DNA of 51,596 nucleotides from Alphaproteobacteria bacterium (GTDB lineage Bacteria; Pseudomonadota; Alphaproteobacteria; RF32; CAG-239), in assembly GCA_017475935.1 (NCBI GenBank), contig JAFVEP010000054.1:1-51596 (forward strand), in the 5' to 3' direction. Below the pieces are notes generated by a model. It searched no databases, was not told where the DNA came from, and was given only the letters and a program-made list of their open reading frames with translations. The position numbers and the translations under genes are program-made. Numbering within the stretch: the stretch's first letter is position 1; each line of letters starts with the position of its first letter. Below are positions 8,419-18,804 of this stretch, one piece after another.

Positions 8419-9273
8419 TTATTCCTCTACCAAAGTATAATTGTCTTCGTCCGAAAACAGTTTTTTCAAAATTTCATTGTTATGAAAATGTCCGCTGTGA
8501 AAGGCATCAACGCGCGCCAGCATTCGATATCCCGATGTATACATATCGCCGATACAATCCAACATTTTATGTTTAACGCATTCATTTTCCACACGGAATC
8601 CGCCTTCATTGAGAATGGTTTCACCATCCAAAACCACGGCATTATCCAGACTACCTCCCTGAATCAAACCGACAGAGCGCAGATAATCCACCTGATATTT
8701 TTCACAGAATGTTCTGGCCGGCGCAATTTCAGAGGCAAACACATCTTCGTCAAAGCTTTTTTCAAACTCTTGATGTCCGACGATTTTCGAAGGAAAATCA
8801 ATCACCGAACGCATAACCAGCTCGTCCGCCGGAGACAAGGTAATTTCAGCACCTTTTCCATCATCAAAGCTGATTTTTTTAAGCACGCGTAAATATTTTC
8901 TTTTTGCCGGCAAATCAACCGTACCGGCTTTTTTCAGCAATTTCCAGAACTTTATCGCACTTCCGTCCATAATCGGCACTTCCGGACCATCGACCTCAAC
9001 AACGGCATTATCAATCCCGACGGCATACAGTGCAGCCATAATATGTTCGATTGTACTAACGATTTGTCCTGACGAATCTCCCAAGCAGGTACAGTTACGT
9101 GTGTCCGCAACATGATTATATAAGGCCGGAAAAAAGTTTTTCTGCGGCAAATCACTTCTGACAAAAACAATTTTATGATCTGCCGGCGCCGGTTTAACCG
9201 TTAATTTTGTTTCTTTTCCGCTATGCAAGCCTATACCATTAATCTCTGCTTCGGCGGCTAAAGTTTTTTGCAT
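8419..9273 (-). CDS. lpxC: UDP-3-O-acyl-N-acetylglucosamine deacetylase
   Basis: MQKTLAAEAEINGIGLHSG... is a typical LpxC N-terminus, and HxxDxxGD-type residues are present (KHKMLDCIGD). I prefer the ATG at 9273, preceded by GAAGGAGA SD, over the TTG at 9297 in the track. Confidence 0.93.
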   Translation of the reverse strand: MQKTLAAEAEINGIGLHSGKETKLTVKPAPADHKIVFVRSDLPQKNFFPALYNHVADTRNCTCLGDSSGQIVSTIEHIMAALYAVGIDNAVVEVDGPEVPIMDGSAIKFWKLLKKAGTVDLPAKRKYLRVLKKISFDDGKGAEITLSPADELVMRSVIDFPSKIVGHQEFEKSFDEDVFASEIAPARTFCEKYQVDYLRSVGLIQGGSLDNAVVLDGETILNEGGFRVENECVKHKMLDCIGDMYTSGYRMLARVDAFHSGHFHNNEILKKLFSDEDNYTLVEE

Positions 9274-9295
9274 ACATTTCTCCTTCAAACCAAGC

Positions 9296-9694
9296 AAGGC
9301 AGCCTGTAAGCCGAGTTTTGTACACGATTTGCTTTACCTTAAAGGGCAAAGATTTGTGCGATAGCTATTCATCTGCGCCGAATGTCGCCATCCGACTTGT
9401 GCGACCTACCTCTGGAGCGGATCGGAAACCATCCTTGCATTTAACGACTGTTAAAGCCTCCTCATTTGGTCTTACATCAGATAGGGTTTACCTTGCCACA
9501 ATCATTACTGACCGTGCGGTGAGCTCTTACCTCGCCTTTTCAACCTTACCGGAATGAATCCGGCGGTAACTTTCTGCGGCACTTTCCCTTGGATCACTCC
9601 AGCCAGACGTTATCTGGTATCTTGTTTCCGTGAAGCCCGGACTTTCCTCATCAACGGATTTTACATTCCGCGACGCAGCTATCCGGCTGCCTTG
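9296..9694 (-). ncRNA. rnpB: RNase P RNA, bacterial type A
   Basis: The minus strand carries GAGGAAAGTCCGGGCT (reverse complement of 9635-9650) and GGTAAGAGCTCACCGCACGG. The 3' element ACAAAACTCGGCTTACAGGCTGCC pairs with the 5' GGCAGCCGGATAGC as P1. Length is about 400 nt. Ends are approximate to about 5 nt. Confidence 0.9.
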
Positions 9695-9831
9695 AGGATC
9701 AAGGTAATCCGATTTTCAAATAAAATCAATGCCAATTAAAGTATTTTCCCAACTTTTAATTAAATATTAAGTATTTATCGCTAAAACTTAGAGCACAACA
9801 ACCATTAATGCTATAGAAAAGGAGTATATCT

Positions 9832-10446
9832 ATGAACAAATTGTTGTTAAGCGCGTCAGCATTAACTTTAGCCTTGGGCCTTGCCGGCGAAGCTATGGCT
9901 GATTGTAACGGAATGTACTTAGCCGCACGCGGCGGTGTTGCAAAACACAAAATTGAAAATCCGGAAGTTGGTGGTACCGGTAACAGCATGAATGATTTTG
10001 ATAAAACAAAACTCATGCTCAGCGGTGCTTTAGGTTATCGTTATGACTATTTCCGTATTGAAGGCGAATATGTATGGCGCGATAACATTAAACTGAATTC
10101 GAATAATGGCGATGCTACATCAAAACGTAACTTTAAATCATACTCTTATATGTTGAACGGTTACTTTGACTTGGCTCCGTACAGCTGGCTGACACCATAT
10201 GTCGGTGCCGGTATCGGTTATACAAAGTTGAAATATAAATCAACGCTTACCATTCCGGGATTGAGCGTCGTTGACGGCAAAAACAAAGAAGGTAACTTCA
10301 CATGGTCTGTCGGCGGCGGTTTAACCGTTAAAGTGACAAATCGTTTCAATGTTGATGCGGGTTATCGCTATTATGACATGGGCAAAATTAACAAAGCTGA
10401 TGTTGATGCTCATGAAATTTACGGCGGTGTTCGTTACGTATTCTAA
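9832..10446 (+). CDS. Small outer-membrane beta-barrel protein (Omp25/OmpA-like barrel family)
   Basis: Signal peptide MNKLLLSASALTLALGLAGEAMA. Alternating Gly/aromatic beta-strand pattern and a terminal YGGVRYVF. AAGGAG SD. Confidence 0.7.
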   Translation: MNKLLLSASALTLALGLAGEAMADCNGMYLAARGGVAKHKIENPEVGGTGNSMNDFDKTKLMLSGALGYRYDYFRIEGEYVWRDNIKLNSNNGDATSKRNFKSYSYMLNGYFDLAPYSWLTPYVGAGIGYTKLKYKSTLTIPGLSVVDGKNKEGNFTWSVGGGLTVKVTNRFNVDAGYRYYDMGKINKADVDAHEIYGGVRYVF

Positions 10447-10463
10447 AAAAATACTTTATTTTG

Positions 10464-10488
10464 AGCCGCTGCAAAGCGGCTTTTTTTA
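10464..10488 (+). terminator. Rho-independent terminator
   Basis: AGCCGCT-GCAA-AGCGGCT hairpin followed by T7. Confidence 0.7.
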
Positions 10489-10505
10489 TATTGGGAGAAC
10501 AGACT

Positions 10506-11852
10506 ATGGGAAAAAAACTTTTCGGAACGGACGGAATCCGCGGAATCGCTAACCAATATCCGTTAACTGTTGATTTTTGTTGCAAATTGGCAATTGTTTT
10601 AAGCCGCAGCGTATGCACGACTCGCAAAAAAGTGGCCATTGCACGCGACACGCGCGTTTCCGGATCCATGCTTTTCAGCGCTCTTGCCGCCGGTTTTACC
10701 TCGCAAGGAATTGATGTGCTTGATCTGGGTGTTATTCCGACACCGCTATGCACAACACTCACGCCGCAGCTTGATGTGGACATGAGCATCATGATCACGG
10801 CCTCACACAATCCTTATCAGGATAACGGTCTTAAATTTATCACCTCTTCGGGCGATAAATTTTCCGATGAACAAAGTGCAGACATCGAATCCGCTTTAGC
10901 GGAAGAATTATCCCCCGTTTTCCATCCCGAACACATCGGAACGATCGAACGTACCGAAGTCGGTATCGCTCATTATGTGAACACAGCGGCACAAATTGCC
11001 GCCCCGAATGCATTGACGGGTATGAAAATTGTCACCGACTCCGCCAACGGGGCTTTTTCGGAGATTTTACCGTTTATTTTCAAAAATCTGGGCGCCGAAA
11101 TCATCTCTCTTTCCGCCGAACCGAACGGTTATAACATCAACCGTGACTGCGGCTCTCAGCATACGGAAAATTTGTGCCGAACGGTTGTGGAAAATGCCTA
11201 TGATCTCGGAATTGCCGTCGACGGCGACGGTGACCGCATCATTATATGCGATGAAAAAGGCAATCGCATCAGCGGCGATCAGATCATCGCTTATTTGGCA
11301 ACCTATTTTAAGAATCATCACCTGCTCAAAGGAAACGCCGTTGTGGCCACGATTTATTCGAATCTCGGTCTGGGCAAATATATTCGTTCGCTCGGCATTG
11401 ATTTTTACACTTCTGCCGTCGGGGAACGTTATGTCATTGAAAAAATGATTGAAACCGAATCCAATGTCGGCGGCGAAGAGTCCGGTCACATGGTTTTAAG
11501 TGACTACGCCAAAACCGGAGATGCTCTGCTGACGGCACTGATTATCTGCCTCGGCATCAAGGAAAGTCAAAAGAAAGCCAGCGCAATTTTTCCGCTGTTT
11601 ACGCCGTTTCCGGCGCAATCGCATAATCTGCGCTTTGACAATCAGGAAACCATTGCACGCATCATGGACAGCACCGAAGTCAAAACATGCATTAACGAAA
11701 TCACGACAGAACTTGCCGGTCACGGATCCGTCATTGTCCGCAAATCCGGAACCGAACCGGTTATCCGTTTAAAAATAGAAGATGAAAGCGCGGAAATTGC
11801 ACAAAGTGCCGCACAAAAACTTTTGACTTGTATCAATCAAGCGGCGCAGTAA
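10506..11852 (+). CDS. glmM: Phosphoglucosamine mutase
   Basis: MGKKLFGTDGIRG N-terminus, active-site TASHNPYQDNGLKF and metal site DGDGDR. The ATG at 10506 is preferred over the upstream alternative start in the track. Confidence 0.95.
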   Translation: MGKKLFGTDGIRGIANQYPLTVDFCCKLAIVLSRSVCTTRKKVAIARDTRVSGSMLFSALAAGFTSQGIDVLDLGVIPTPLCTTLTPQLDVDMSIMITASHNPYQDNGLKFITSSGDKFSDEQSADIESALAEELSPVFHPEHIGTIERTEVGIAHYVNTAAQIAAPNALTGMKIVTDSANGAFSEILPFIFKNLGAEIISLSAEPNGYNINRDCGSQHTENLCRTVVENAYDLGIAVDGDGDRIIICDEKGNRISGDQIIAYLATYFKNHHLLKGNAVVATIYSNLGLGKYIRSLGIDFYTSAVGERYVIEKMIETESNVGGEESGHMVLSDYAKTGDALLTALIICLGIKESQKKASAIFPLFTPFPAQSHNLRFDNQETIARIMDSTEVKTCINEITTELAGHGSVIVRKSGTEPVIRLKIEDESAEIAQSAAQKLLTCINQAAQ

Positions 11853-11920
11853 TCTTGTTAAGATTAAATTTACTTCATTTTTGTATTATGCACCAAAACA
11901 GAAAGGAAAGGAACTGAAAA

Positions 11921-12289
11921 ATGTATGGAATAATTACTTCTTTTATCAGAATCGTTTTGTTAAACCCAATGACTCTTCTGGGTGTTGTCGGCGGCGCGTA
12001 TGGTTTATACCATTATCGTATTGAGGGTTTGCTTAATTTCTGCAAAAGCCCTTATTTATACGGCGCACTGTTTTTAATCGCTTTGGTTTATGCCTTGCTG
12101 TTTAAACACGTTTATCACACAAATTCCAAAAGAATCGACTGGTGGCAAACCATTAAAAGCAGTGTCAATCATATGCTCACGATGATCATTGCGGCTGTTT
12201 TAACTTGCGTTATTATCCTGTCGGCAGATTATGCTTTCGGCGGCGAGTTCACGACAAGTCTTGACCAATATTTGCGTCATCAAAAATAA
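11921..12289 (+). CDS. Hypothetical small membrane protein (3-4 TM)
   Basis: 122-aa ORF with hydrophobic segments and a GGAAAGG SD-like run upstream. No recognisable family. Confidence 0.45.
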   Translation: MYGIITSFIRIVLLNPMTLLGVVGGAYGLYHYRIEGLLNFCKSPYLYGALFLIALVYALLFKHVYHTNSKRIDWWQTIKSSVNHMLTMIIAAVLTCVIILSADYAFGGEFTTSLDQYLRHQK

Positions 12290-12290
12290 A

Positions 12291-13640
12291 TTATTTTTTA
12301 TCGGCATACGGATTGTGCGCTTTGCGCACCGTTATGCGCAACGGAATGCCGCCCAAATCGAATGTATCGCGCAGACTGTTGACCAAATAACGAAAATATG
12401 ATTCCGGCAGCCCTTCCGGATTGCTGGAGAAGATGAAGAATGACGGCGGACGGATTTTAGCTTGAGTAATATATTTAAGCTTGATCCGCCGCTTATTTTT
12501 ACCCATCGGCGCCGGATTTTGTTCTTGAACATCGGCAAACCACTGATTCAGCGGCGCAGTCGGAATGCGCATATTCCAACGTTTATATACTTTAACAATC
12601 GCACGCATCAGTTTATCCAAGCCTTGTTTTTTCAGTGCCGAAATGGTCACTGTCGGCACACCGGCTGCTTGCGTTAAAGATGTTTCCAGCTTATAGTTTA
12701 ACTTTTCCAAAGCTTCCTTGCGTTCGGCAATATCCCATTTATTCACGGCTATCACCAACGCCCTTCCTTCTTCCAAAACTTTACGGGCGATCGTTAAATC
12801 CTGTTTATCCAAAACGGCCGCCGAATCCAAAACTAAAACCACCACCTGAGCCATATTGGCTGCATAAATGGTATTTTCCACCGACAATTTTTCAAGTGAA
12901 TCAGTCACTTTTCCCTGCCGCCGCAAACCGGCGGTATCGACCAATTCAAAATCCTGATTTTCCCATTGCCATTTTGATGTAATCGCATCGCGTGTCATAC
13001 CGGCTTCCGGTCCGGTCAGCATTCTTTCCGAGCCGAGAAGCGCATTCACAAGCGTTGATTTACCGACATTCGGACGCCCGACAAATGCTACTTTAATCGG
13101 TTTTGCCTCATTCGTATCCGCCTCATCTTGCTGTGCTTTTTCTTTTTCCTCTTCGATCGCACGGCTAAGAACCAAATATAAATCTTCAAAACCTATTCCG
13201 TGAACAGCTGAAAAAGGAATCGGCTCACCAAAACCGAGTTTATAGGCTTCAAATACGGAATCCTCCTGCATACGCCCTTCACATTTATTAGCGAGCAAAA
13301 CAACCGGTTTATGCGTTTTGCGCACCAGATCGGCAAACAACTCATCATAGGGTTGCAAACCGGCACGGGCATCATATAAAAACAAACAAAGATCGGCATC
13401 TTCAATCGCCATTTGCGTCTGTTTCCACATTCGGCTTTCCATATTGTCGGACGTAGAGTATTCATATCCGGCCGTGTCAATCACCGAAAACTCCAAATCC
13501 TTAAATTTCGCCTGAGCCATTTTTCGGTCACGCGTCACCCCCGGCTGATCGTGAACAATCGCCAATTTTTTACCGACCAATCGATTAAAAAGTGTTGATT
13601 TTCCGACATTCGGACGCCCGATAATTGCGACAGAAAGCAC
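12291..13640 (-). CDS. der: Ribosome biogenesis GTPase Der (EngA)
   Basis: Two tandem GTPase domains (GRPNVGKST twice; DTAG twice; NKxD twice) plus a KH-like C-terminus. GTG start with GGAG SD. Confidence 0.95.
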   Translation of the reverse strand: MLSVAIIGRPNVGKSTLFNRLVGKKLAIVHDQPGVTRDRKMAQAKFKDLEFSVIDTAGYEYSTSDNMESRMWKQTQMAIEDADLCLFLYDARAGLQPYDELFADLVRKTHKPVVLLANKCEGRMQEDSVFEAYKLGFGEPIPFSAVHGIGFEDLYLVLSRAIEEEKEKAQQDEADTNEAKPIKVAFVGRPNVGKSTLVNALLGSERMLTGPEAGMTRDAITSKWQWENQDFELVDTAGLRRQGKVTDSLEKLSVENTIYAANMAQVVVLVLDSAAVLDKQDLTIARKVLEEGRALVIAVNKWDIAERKEALEKLNYKLETSLTQAAGVPTVTISALKKQGLDKLMRAIVKVYKRWNMRIPTAPLNQWFADVQEQNPAPMGKNKRRIKLKYITQAKIRPPSFFIFSSNPEGLPESYFRYLVNSLRDTFDLGGIPLRITVRKAHNPYADKK

Positions 13641-13652
13641 TTTAGTCTCCTT

Positions 13653-14969
13653 TTATTTATAGGCAATCAATTTTGCGTTGGATGTAATGAAGAACACATA
13701 ACCTTGGGCAACAATCGGAGCCGCATTGAATTTTTCGCCCAGATCCACGGTTTTTTGCTGTTTTCCGGTCAGCGGATCATAGGAAAGTAAATTTCCGTCA
13801 GACAAAGCAACAATCAATTGACCATTAAGCATCAACGGCGAAAAAACAATTGCTTTTGTCGGTTTACCTTCCACTTCAATTGGTTCGCGCCACAAAATAT
13901 CACCATTATTCTTCGCCACAGCCGATAAACGGTTCTGATTATCGACAACATACAACACATTGCCGACAGACAGCGGAGCTTGCGTTCCGCCGATTGTTTT
14001 TTCCCACCGACGTTCCCCTGTGCGCAAATCAATCGCTGTTAAAACATCCGAACTACCCAACGCATAAACGGTTTCGCCTTCAATAACCGGCGCCGCTTTA
14101 ATCGTATGCAAAAACGTCGAAGAATACGCCTGCCGATTAGAAACCAAGCTGTCTGACCACAACGGCGTTCCGATAGACGCATTAAACGCCTGTATTTCGC
14201 CGTTAGAAAATCCGGTGACGGCCATATCCAGCGACGGACTGTACGCCGCCGGCGCTCCGCCGACCATGGTCGTACTTTCCATAGCGATATCATAATCCCA
14301 TAAAATTTCGCCGTTTTTCTGATCCAAGGCCCAAAATTTATTATCCGCACTCTGCACAAAAACTTTTCCGGCGGCTAAAACCGGTGCAATTCTGAGCGGT
14401 GTTTCCAAATCTTTCTGCCAGATTATTTTGCCGTCTTTAGCCTGCAAAGCAAAAACAGAACCATAGCCGGTCACGGCGTAAATGTACGTTCCGTCGCAAG
14501 CTATGCCTATACCTTTAAGCGCGGTTGCATCTTCATATTTATTTTGTGATTCGAGATCAACAGCCCATAAAGTCTCGCCATCTTCAATCTTGAATGCCCG
14601 CACGACGGCATTGGCGTCAATCGTATAGACAGCCTTTCCGCTGACCAATGGCTGTGACACCAAAAATTCGCGTTTCGAACCGCCTTTTCCGAAATCAGCT
14701 TTCCATTGCCGTTTAAAATCCATACCAACTTTCAAATTCGTCAAAGAATGCTGTGCATTCGCCCCTGTTTGCAGCCACCGATCAGAATCGAGAGCTGCCG
14801 GCACATTAACGGAAATTTTTGCATCTTTATTTCGTCCAACATAAGACGGCGTCTGATCCAGAACCGATATTCTTGTACCAGTCGGAATGTCTTTATTTTT
14901 GGAGCACGCACTAACAACAAGCACGGCCGCCATCACCGCCCGTAAAGCCGTTTTTTTACCAACAAACAT
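13653..14969 (-). CDS. bamB: PQQ-like beta-propeller lipoprotein, BamB-like
   Basis: Lipobox VVSAC and repeated W-containing propeller blades (LWxxDL / IWQKDL / ILWDYD / PLWSDS / RRWEKT / ILWREP). It sits between the TPR gene and der. The start at ATG 14969 has a GAGGA SD. Confidence 0.75.
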   Translation of the reverse strand: MFVGKKTALRAVMAAVLVVSACSKNKDIPTGTRISVLDQTPSYVGRNKDAKISVNVPAALDSDRWLQTGANAQHSLTNLKVGMDFKRQWKADFGKGGSKREFLVSQPLVSGKAVYTIDANAVVRAFKIEDGETLWAVDLESQNKYEDATALKGIGIACDGTYIYAVTGYGSVFALQAKDGKIIWQKDLETPLRIAPVLAAGKVFVQSADNKFWALDQKNGEILWDYDIAMESTTMVGGAPAAYSPSLDMAVTGFSNGEIQAFNASIGTPLWSDSLVSNRQAYSSTFLHTIKAAPVIEGETVYALGSSDVLTAIDLRTGERRWEKTIGGTQAPLSVGNVLYVVDNQNRLSAVAKNNGDILWREPIEVEGKPTKAIVFSPLMLNGQLIVALSDGNLLSYDPLTGKQQKTVDLGEKFNAAPIVAQGYVFFITSNAKLIAYK

Positions 14970-14985
14970 GAAATTCCTCATTAAA

Positions 14986-15756
14986 CTACATATCACCTAA
15001 AGAAGAGAGCATATCCTGTACTTTAACCCGAAAACCTTCCGGCAGATCTTTCAGCTGCAAAACATTTTCATAAATACGTTTTGCCGTATCAATATCACCA
15101 TCATGAACGGCAGACATGGCAATCAAGTCATAAGCCAGCGGCCGCCACGAGCTTTTCTCATCGGTCAACGGTTTGAGCATGGCTTCAAATTCAGCGCGCG
15201 GCATTGTATCAACCTTATAAGTCGCCAATTTAATCAGGGCAATATTTTTCACTTCATCATTGACCTGTTTGTCATCAATCAAGCTTTGCAATGTTGCCAA
15301 AGCTTCTTCATTTTTTTTCTGATTAAACAGCACATTGGCAATCTGCAATTTGGCAAAATCGCTGAAAATTCCCTGATTGGCTGTATTGATTTTTTGCAAA
15401 GCTTCAATCGTTTGTTCCGGAGTTTCCAGCTGAGTTGAGGCGATATAGTTTTGAGTACGCGCCTGATTTTGCGCTTGTTTCCAATCTTTAATTTTTTCAA
15501 AAGAAACAGCGGCACTGACGGCCAGAACCACAAAAGCAATCACGAACAGACCATATTTATTCCACAAAACCTTCAGTTGGTCATTTTTCACATCTTCGTC
15601 AATTTCTTTAATAAATTGATCGGTAAATTCCGGATTGACATTCGACGTATCTTTCGCAATGCGTCTTGACTTAACCGAGATTTTTTTTACTGTTTCCGGC
15701 TGCGTTTTTTTCGCAGCGGCACTCACATTTTTTTTCACACTTTTAGCCATTTTCAA
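14986..15756 (-). CDS. Membrane-anchored TPR-like protein (YfgM-like)
   Basis: Basic N-terminus, a single TM (LFVIAFVVLAVSAAV) and a helical-repeat C-terminus. It holds the conserved position upstream of bamB-der. Confidence 0.55.
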   Translation of the reverse strand: MKMAKSVKKNVSAAAKKTQPETVKKISVKSRRIAKDTSNVNPEFTDQFIKEIDEDVKNDQLKVLWNKYGLFVIAFVVLAVSAAVSFEKIKDWKQAQNQARTQNYIASTQLETPEQTIEALQKINTANQGIFSDFAKLQIANVLFNQKKNEEALATLQSLIDDKQVNDEVKNIALIKLATYKVDTMPRAEFEAMLKPLTDEKSSWRPLAYDLIAMSAVHDGDIDTAKRIYENVLQLKDLPEGFRVKVQDMLSSLGDM

Positions 15757-15810
15757 AATCCTTCAAAAATTAGATAATTTATCCATAACAAAAAACAAGT
15801 GACAAAGCAA

Positions 15811-16998
15811 TCAATTTTTTACAATTTCCCGAATAACAAACCCACGGACCGCGCGTAAGTCATCAAGCGGCATATTTTTACCGAAAATCAAACTTTGTTC
15901 ATCTGAAATAACCGACAAGTAATAACGATCCGTCGTCGGATTATGTCCGATATCCACCGCCTCGACATTCTTTTTCATCAAGGTTTCGGCATCAATGCGA
16001 ATAAACAGAATGTTATGTCCCAAAATGACGCGATCATCGGTTATGATCAAAACATCCTTACTGAACAAAATCAACAGGGAAATCAAGATCACGACCGAGG
16101 TTAAGAACATACCGAAGAAAAATCCGACAATACCGATGGCTGATATGATCACATGGCTGTTCATAGCGGCATAAATTGCCAAAGCGCTCAGGATAATCAC
16201 TCCCAAAAAGGCCAGAATCGTATAAATATCAAAAAATATTCGCCGTTCTTTGACAATGGTTTTATTCGGCTTGATCCGGCATTTGACGGAAAGCGGCATT
16301 TCCGCTTCAGAACGGTAAAGCGGTTTGAGCTGCCATTTTTTGGCCATATCTTTCAAGGTTCTGTTGCGTTCGGAATAGTGACGTGAGATCAACCCGTGAT
16401 CGGTCATGAAAAGCATCGGCTGACGCAATTTTTCCGCATAATCCGCCCAAATAGAACGCAACTGATCGCTTTTGGTCGCAATATAAAGCGGCACTCTTTT
16501 GTTCTTTTCTTTATGATAAAGTTCTATAATGTAGCGATTGCGGTTAATCATGCCCAGCTGATAATATTCCACTTTCAGCAACACTCCGAGATAATTCGCA
16601 AGAGATTCGGTAATTTCAACCGGTTTACCAAACAATGTATTGTAGGTAATTTTTATGTTTTCCCCGTCAAAGAAAATTTCTTTATAGCGACGAAAAGCCA
16701 AAACGGATAAAAAGACAACAACCGCGCCCAAAACAAACAAAATTCCGTCAAAAGTGTATCGTTGATACATAATTTCGGCGGCAGAAAAATTAACCGGCGT
16801 TTCAAAATCATATTCTTCCGCCGTGGCAAAAAAATAACCGGATATCAAATCGAAAACGCTTAACGCCAAAAAGGCCACACCGAAAATAAACCCGAACGCC
16901 GACAGTTTTCGCGACAATCTGTCTTTTTGCCGAGCCGGCAGTTTATCAATATCAAACTTGAATTTATAGCTGTAATGATTGGATACGATATGTGTCAT
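15811..16998 (-). CDS. Hypothetical membrane protein with duplicated TM-hairpin plus soluble-domain architecture (bPH-like)
   Basis: 395 aa. There are two blocks, each a pair of TM helices followed by a segment of about 100 aa. These segments start YKEIFFDGENIKITYN and SKDVLIITDDRVILGHN. Confidence 0.55.
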   Translation of the reverse strand: MTHIVSNHYSYKFKFDIDKLPARQKDRLSRKLSAFGFIFGVAFLALSVFDLISGYFFATAEEYDFETPVNFSAAEIMYQRYTFDGILFVLGAVVVFLSVLAFRRYKEIFFDGENIKITYNTLFGKPVEITESLANYLGVLLKVEYYQLGMINRNRYIIELYHKEKNKRVPLYIATKSDQLRSIWADYAEKLRQPMLFMTDHGLISRHYSERNRTLKDMAKKWQLKPLYRSEAEMPLSVKCRIKPNKTIVKERRIFFDIYTILAFLGVIILSALAIYAAMNSHVIISAIGIVGFFFGMFLTSVVILISLLILFSKDVLIITDDRVILGHNILFIRIDAETLMKKNVEAVDIGHNPTTDRYYLSVISDEQSLIFGKNMPLDDLRAVRGFVIREIVKN

Positions 16999-17136
16999 TT
17001 GCTTAATCCTTCCCCGATTTAATGATTCTACAATACACCATTAAAAAATTTTTTCACCATTTTTTTTAAATAATGTTTGTTTTTATCTCTTTTATTTTGT
17101 ACTATAGAATCGTATTGGTTAAAAATGGTGTAATAA

Positions 17137-18795
17137 ATGACTGAATTTATCGCGTTATATCAAGATTCTTCTTTTATGATGTTTTTCATTTCCCTTCTTA
17201 TGGGAAGCTGTGCCGTTTGCCTGACACGCCGTCTTACGGATTTTCGCGGCATTCTCTTATATTTCCTCGGCGGATTGGCCTGTCTGTTAGCTGATTTCAC
17301 TCTTCATAATCCGTATGTTTTGCACGAATCCGATCTGAGTTACAATTTTGTAGCTTTTGTTAACATGATGGCGGCTCTTCTAGCCTCCATAGCCCTGATC
17401 AACTCAGCCTCTTTGCTGCTGAACCGTTTTTGGGCAAACAAAGTCATGCTGACACTCTATATCACCGTCGGTTTGTGCACCGGCATTTATTATTGCTTTA
17501 TCCAATATAATCCTGATGTTTGCCTGAATATTTCCGCACTCATGCTTATGCTCGGTGTTTTTTTAACCTTTTTCGCCGGCTGTGTTTTAGCTTACAAAAT
17601 GCCTTATTCCGGACAGATATTATTTGTCGTATCCACACTGTTTTTGCTCAGTAAAATAATTGTTTCGGTTTATTTTACACAAAACGAAACACTCAATTTC
17701 AATACACTGAATTGGCTGTGGATTTATCCTCTGTGTATCGGTGCGGTTTGTCTTAAATTACAGCAGTTCAAAGAAGATTTAACCGTCAGTCTTAATAAAA
17801 TTGATCGTTTAAATATGCAAACCAACAACATGATCGATTCATCTCCGTTTCCGATTTTAATCGCCAAAATCACCGGCGATAAGCTTCTTTTTATCAACAA
17901 CAAAGCCGCCGAATTATTCGGCATTGTTAAGCAGGAAGCCGGTTTTTACAAGCTGAAAAATCTGTTTGTTGATGAAAGGAATCGGGCTGATTTCTTTTCT
18001 GAGCTTGAAAAATCGCACGAAGTCAACAATTTTGACATTATGGTCTACGACATGGTCAACAGCACGCCGTTCTGGCTGTCAGCTTCAGCCAAAACCATCG
18101 AATTTAACAATGAAATTGCCATTTACATGGCCTTCCAAGATATTACCGTACGCAAGCAACGCGAAACAAAACTGCAATCTCAGGCCGATAAAGATCCGTT
18201 GACCATGACATGGAATCGCCGTTATTTTGCGAAGTATGTTCCGCAAAAAATCAAAGAATCCCTGCAAAAATCAAAAAATTTCAGTTTACTGATGATTGAT
18301 GCCGATCACTTCAAAAATGTTAATGATACTTTCGGTCATAAAAACGGCGACAAAGTTCTGATTGCCATTGCCGAAACATGCAAACATTCTCTGCGTGAAA
18401 ACGATGTTGTTGCCCGTTTCGGTGGTGAAGAATTTGTCATCTTTTTGAACGACACAGATTCTGCCTCGGCAGCCAAAGTGGCCGAACGTCTACGGCAAAA
18501 CATCGAAGAAGCCGTCGTTTATGATGATAGCGAACGCGAAATTCAGTTTACCGTCAGCATCGGCTATGTTTCTTCCGAAAAAACCGCCAGTCTTGAAATT
18601 TTATTGCGGCAGGCCGATGATGCCATGTATTTAGCTAAAAACATGGGCAGAAACAGAATAAGCGGCTACGATGAACAAAAAATTAAAGAACTGAATGTAA
18701 AAAAAGAAGCTACAAATACCGTCCATCCGGTGTTCCAAAATGAAGACGGCGAAGAATTTTCATTAATTGACAGCTACGGTAATGACATTTTATAG
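17137..18795 (+). CDS. Membrane-bound PAS-GGDEF diguanylate cyclase
   Basis: About 200 aa of multi-TM N-terminus, a PAS-like middle and a GGDEF domain. The domain has an active GGEEF and an RxxD I-site (RENDVVARFGGEEF). Confidence 0.9.
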   Translation: MTEFIALYQDSSFMMFFISLLMGSCAVCLTRRLTDFRGILLYFLGGLACLLADFTLHNPYVLHESDLSYNFVAFVNMMAALLASIALINSASLLLNRFWANKVMLTLYITVGLCTGIYYCFIQYNPDVCLNISALMLMLGVFLTFFAGCVLAYKMPYSGQILFVVSTLFLLSKIIVSVYFTQNETLNFNTLNWLWIYPLCIGAVCLKLQQFKEDLTVSLNKIDRLNMQTNNMIDSSPFPILIAKITGDKLLFINNKAAELFGIVKQEAGFYKLKNLFVDERNRADFFSELEKSHEVNNFDIMVYDMVNSTPFWLSASAKTIEFNNEIAIYMAFQDITVRKQRETKLQSQADKDPLTMTWNRRYFAKYVPQKIKESLQKSKNFSLLMIDADHFKNVNDTFGHKNGDKVLIAIAETCKHSLRENDVVARFGGEEFVIFLNDTDSASAAKVAERLRQNIEEAVVYDDSEREIQFTVSIGYVSSEKTASLEILLRQADDAMYLAKNMGRNRISGYDEQKIKELNVKKEATNTVHPVFQNEDGEEFSLIDSYGNDIL

Positions 18796-18804
18796 GAATT
18801 TTTC

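Noticed and set aside
17055-17130. 10-bp inverted repeat CACCATTTTT (17055-64) / AAAAATGGTG (17121-30) in the divergent control region upstream of the GGDEF gene.
   Set aside because: The sequence is AT-rich and low in complexity, and the arms are about 56 nt apart. There is no evidence that the transcript includes both arms, so this is likely chance in an AT-rich intergenic region.
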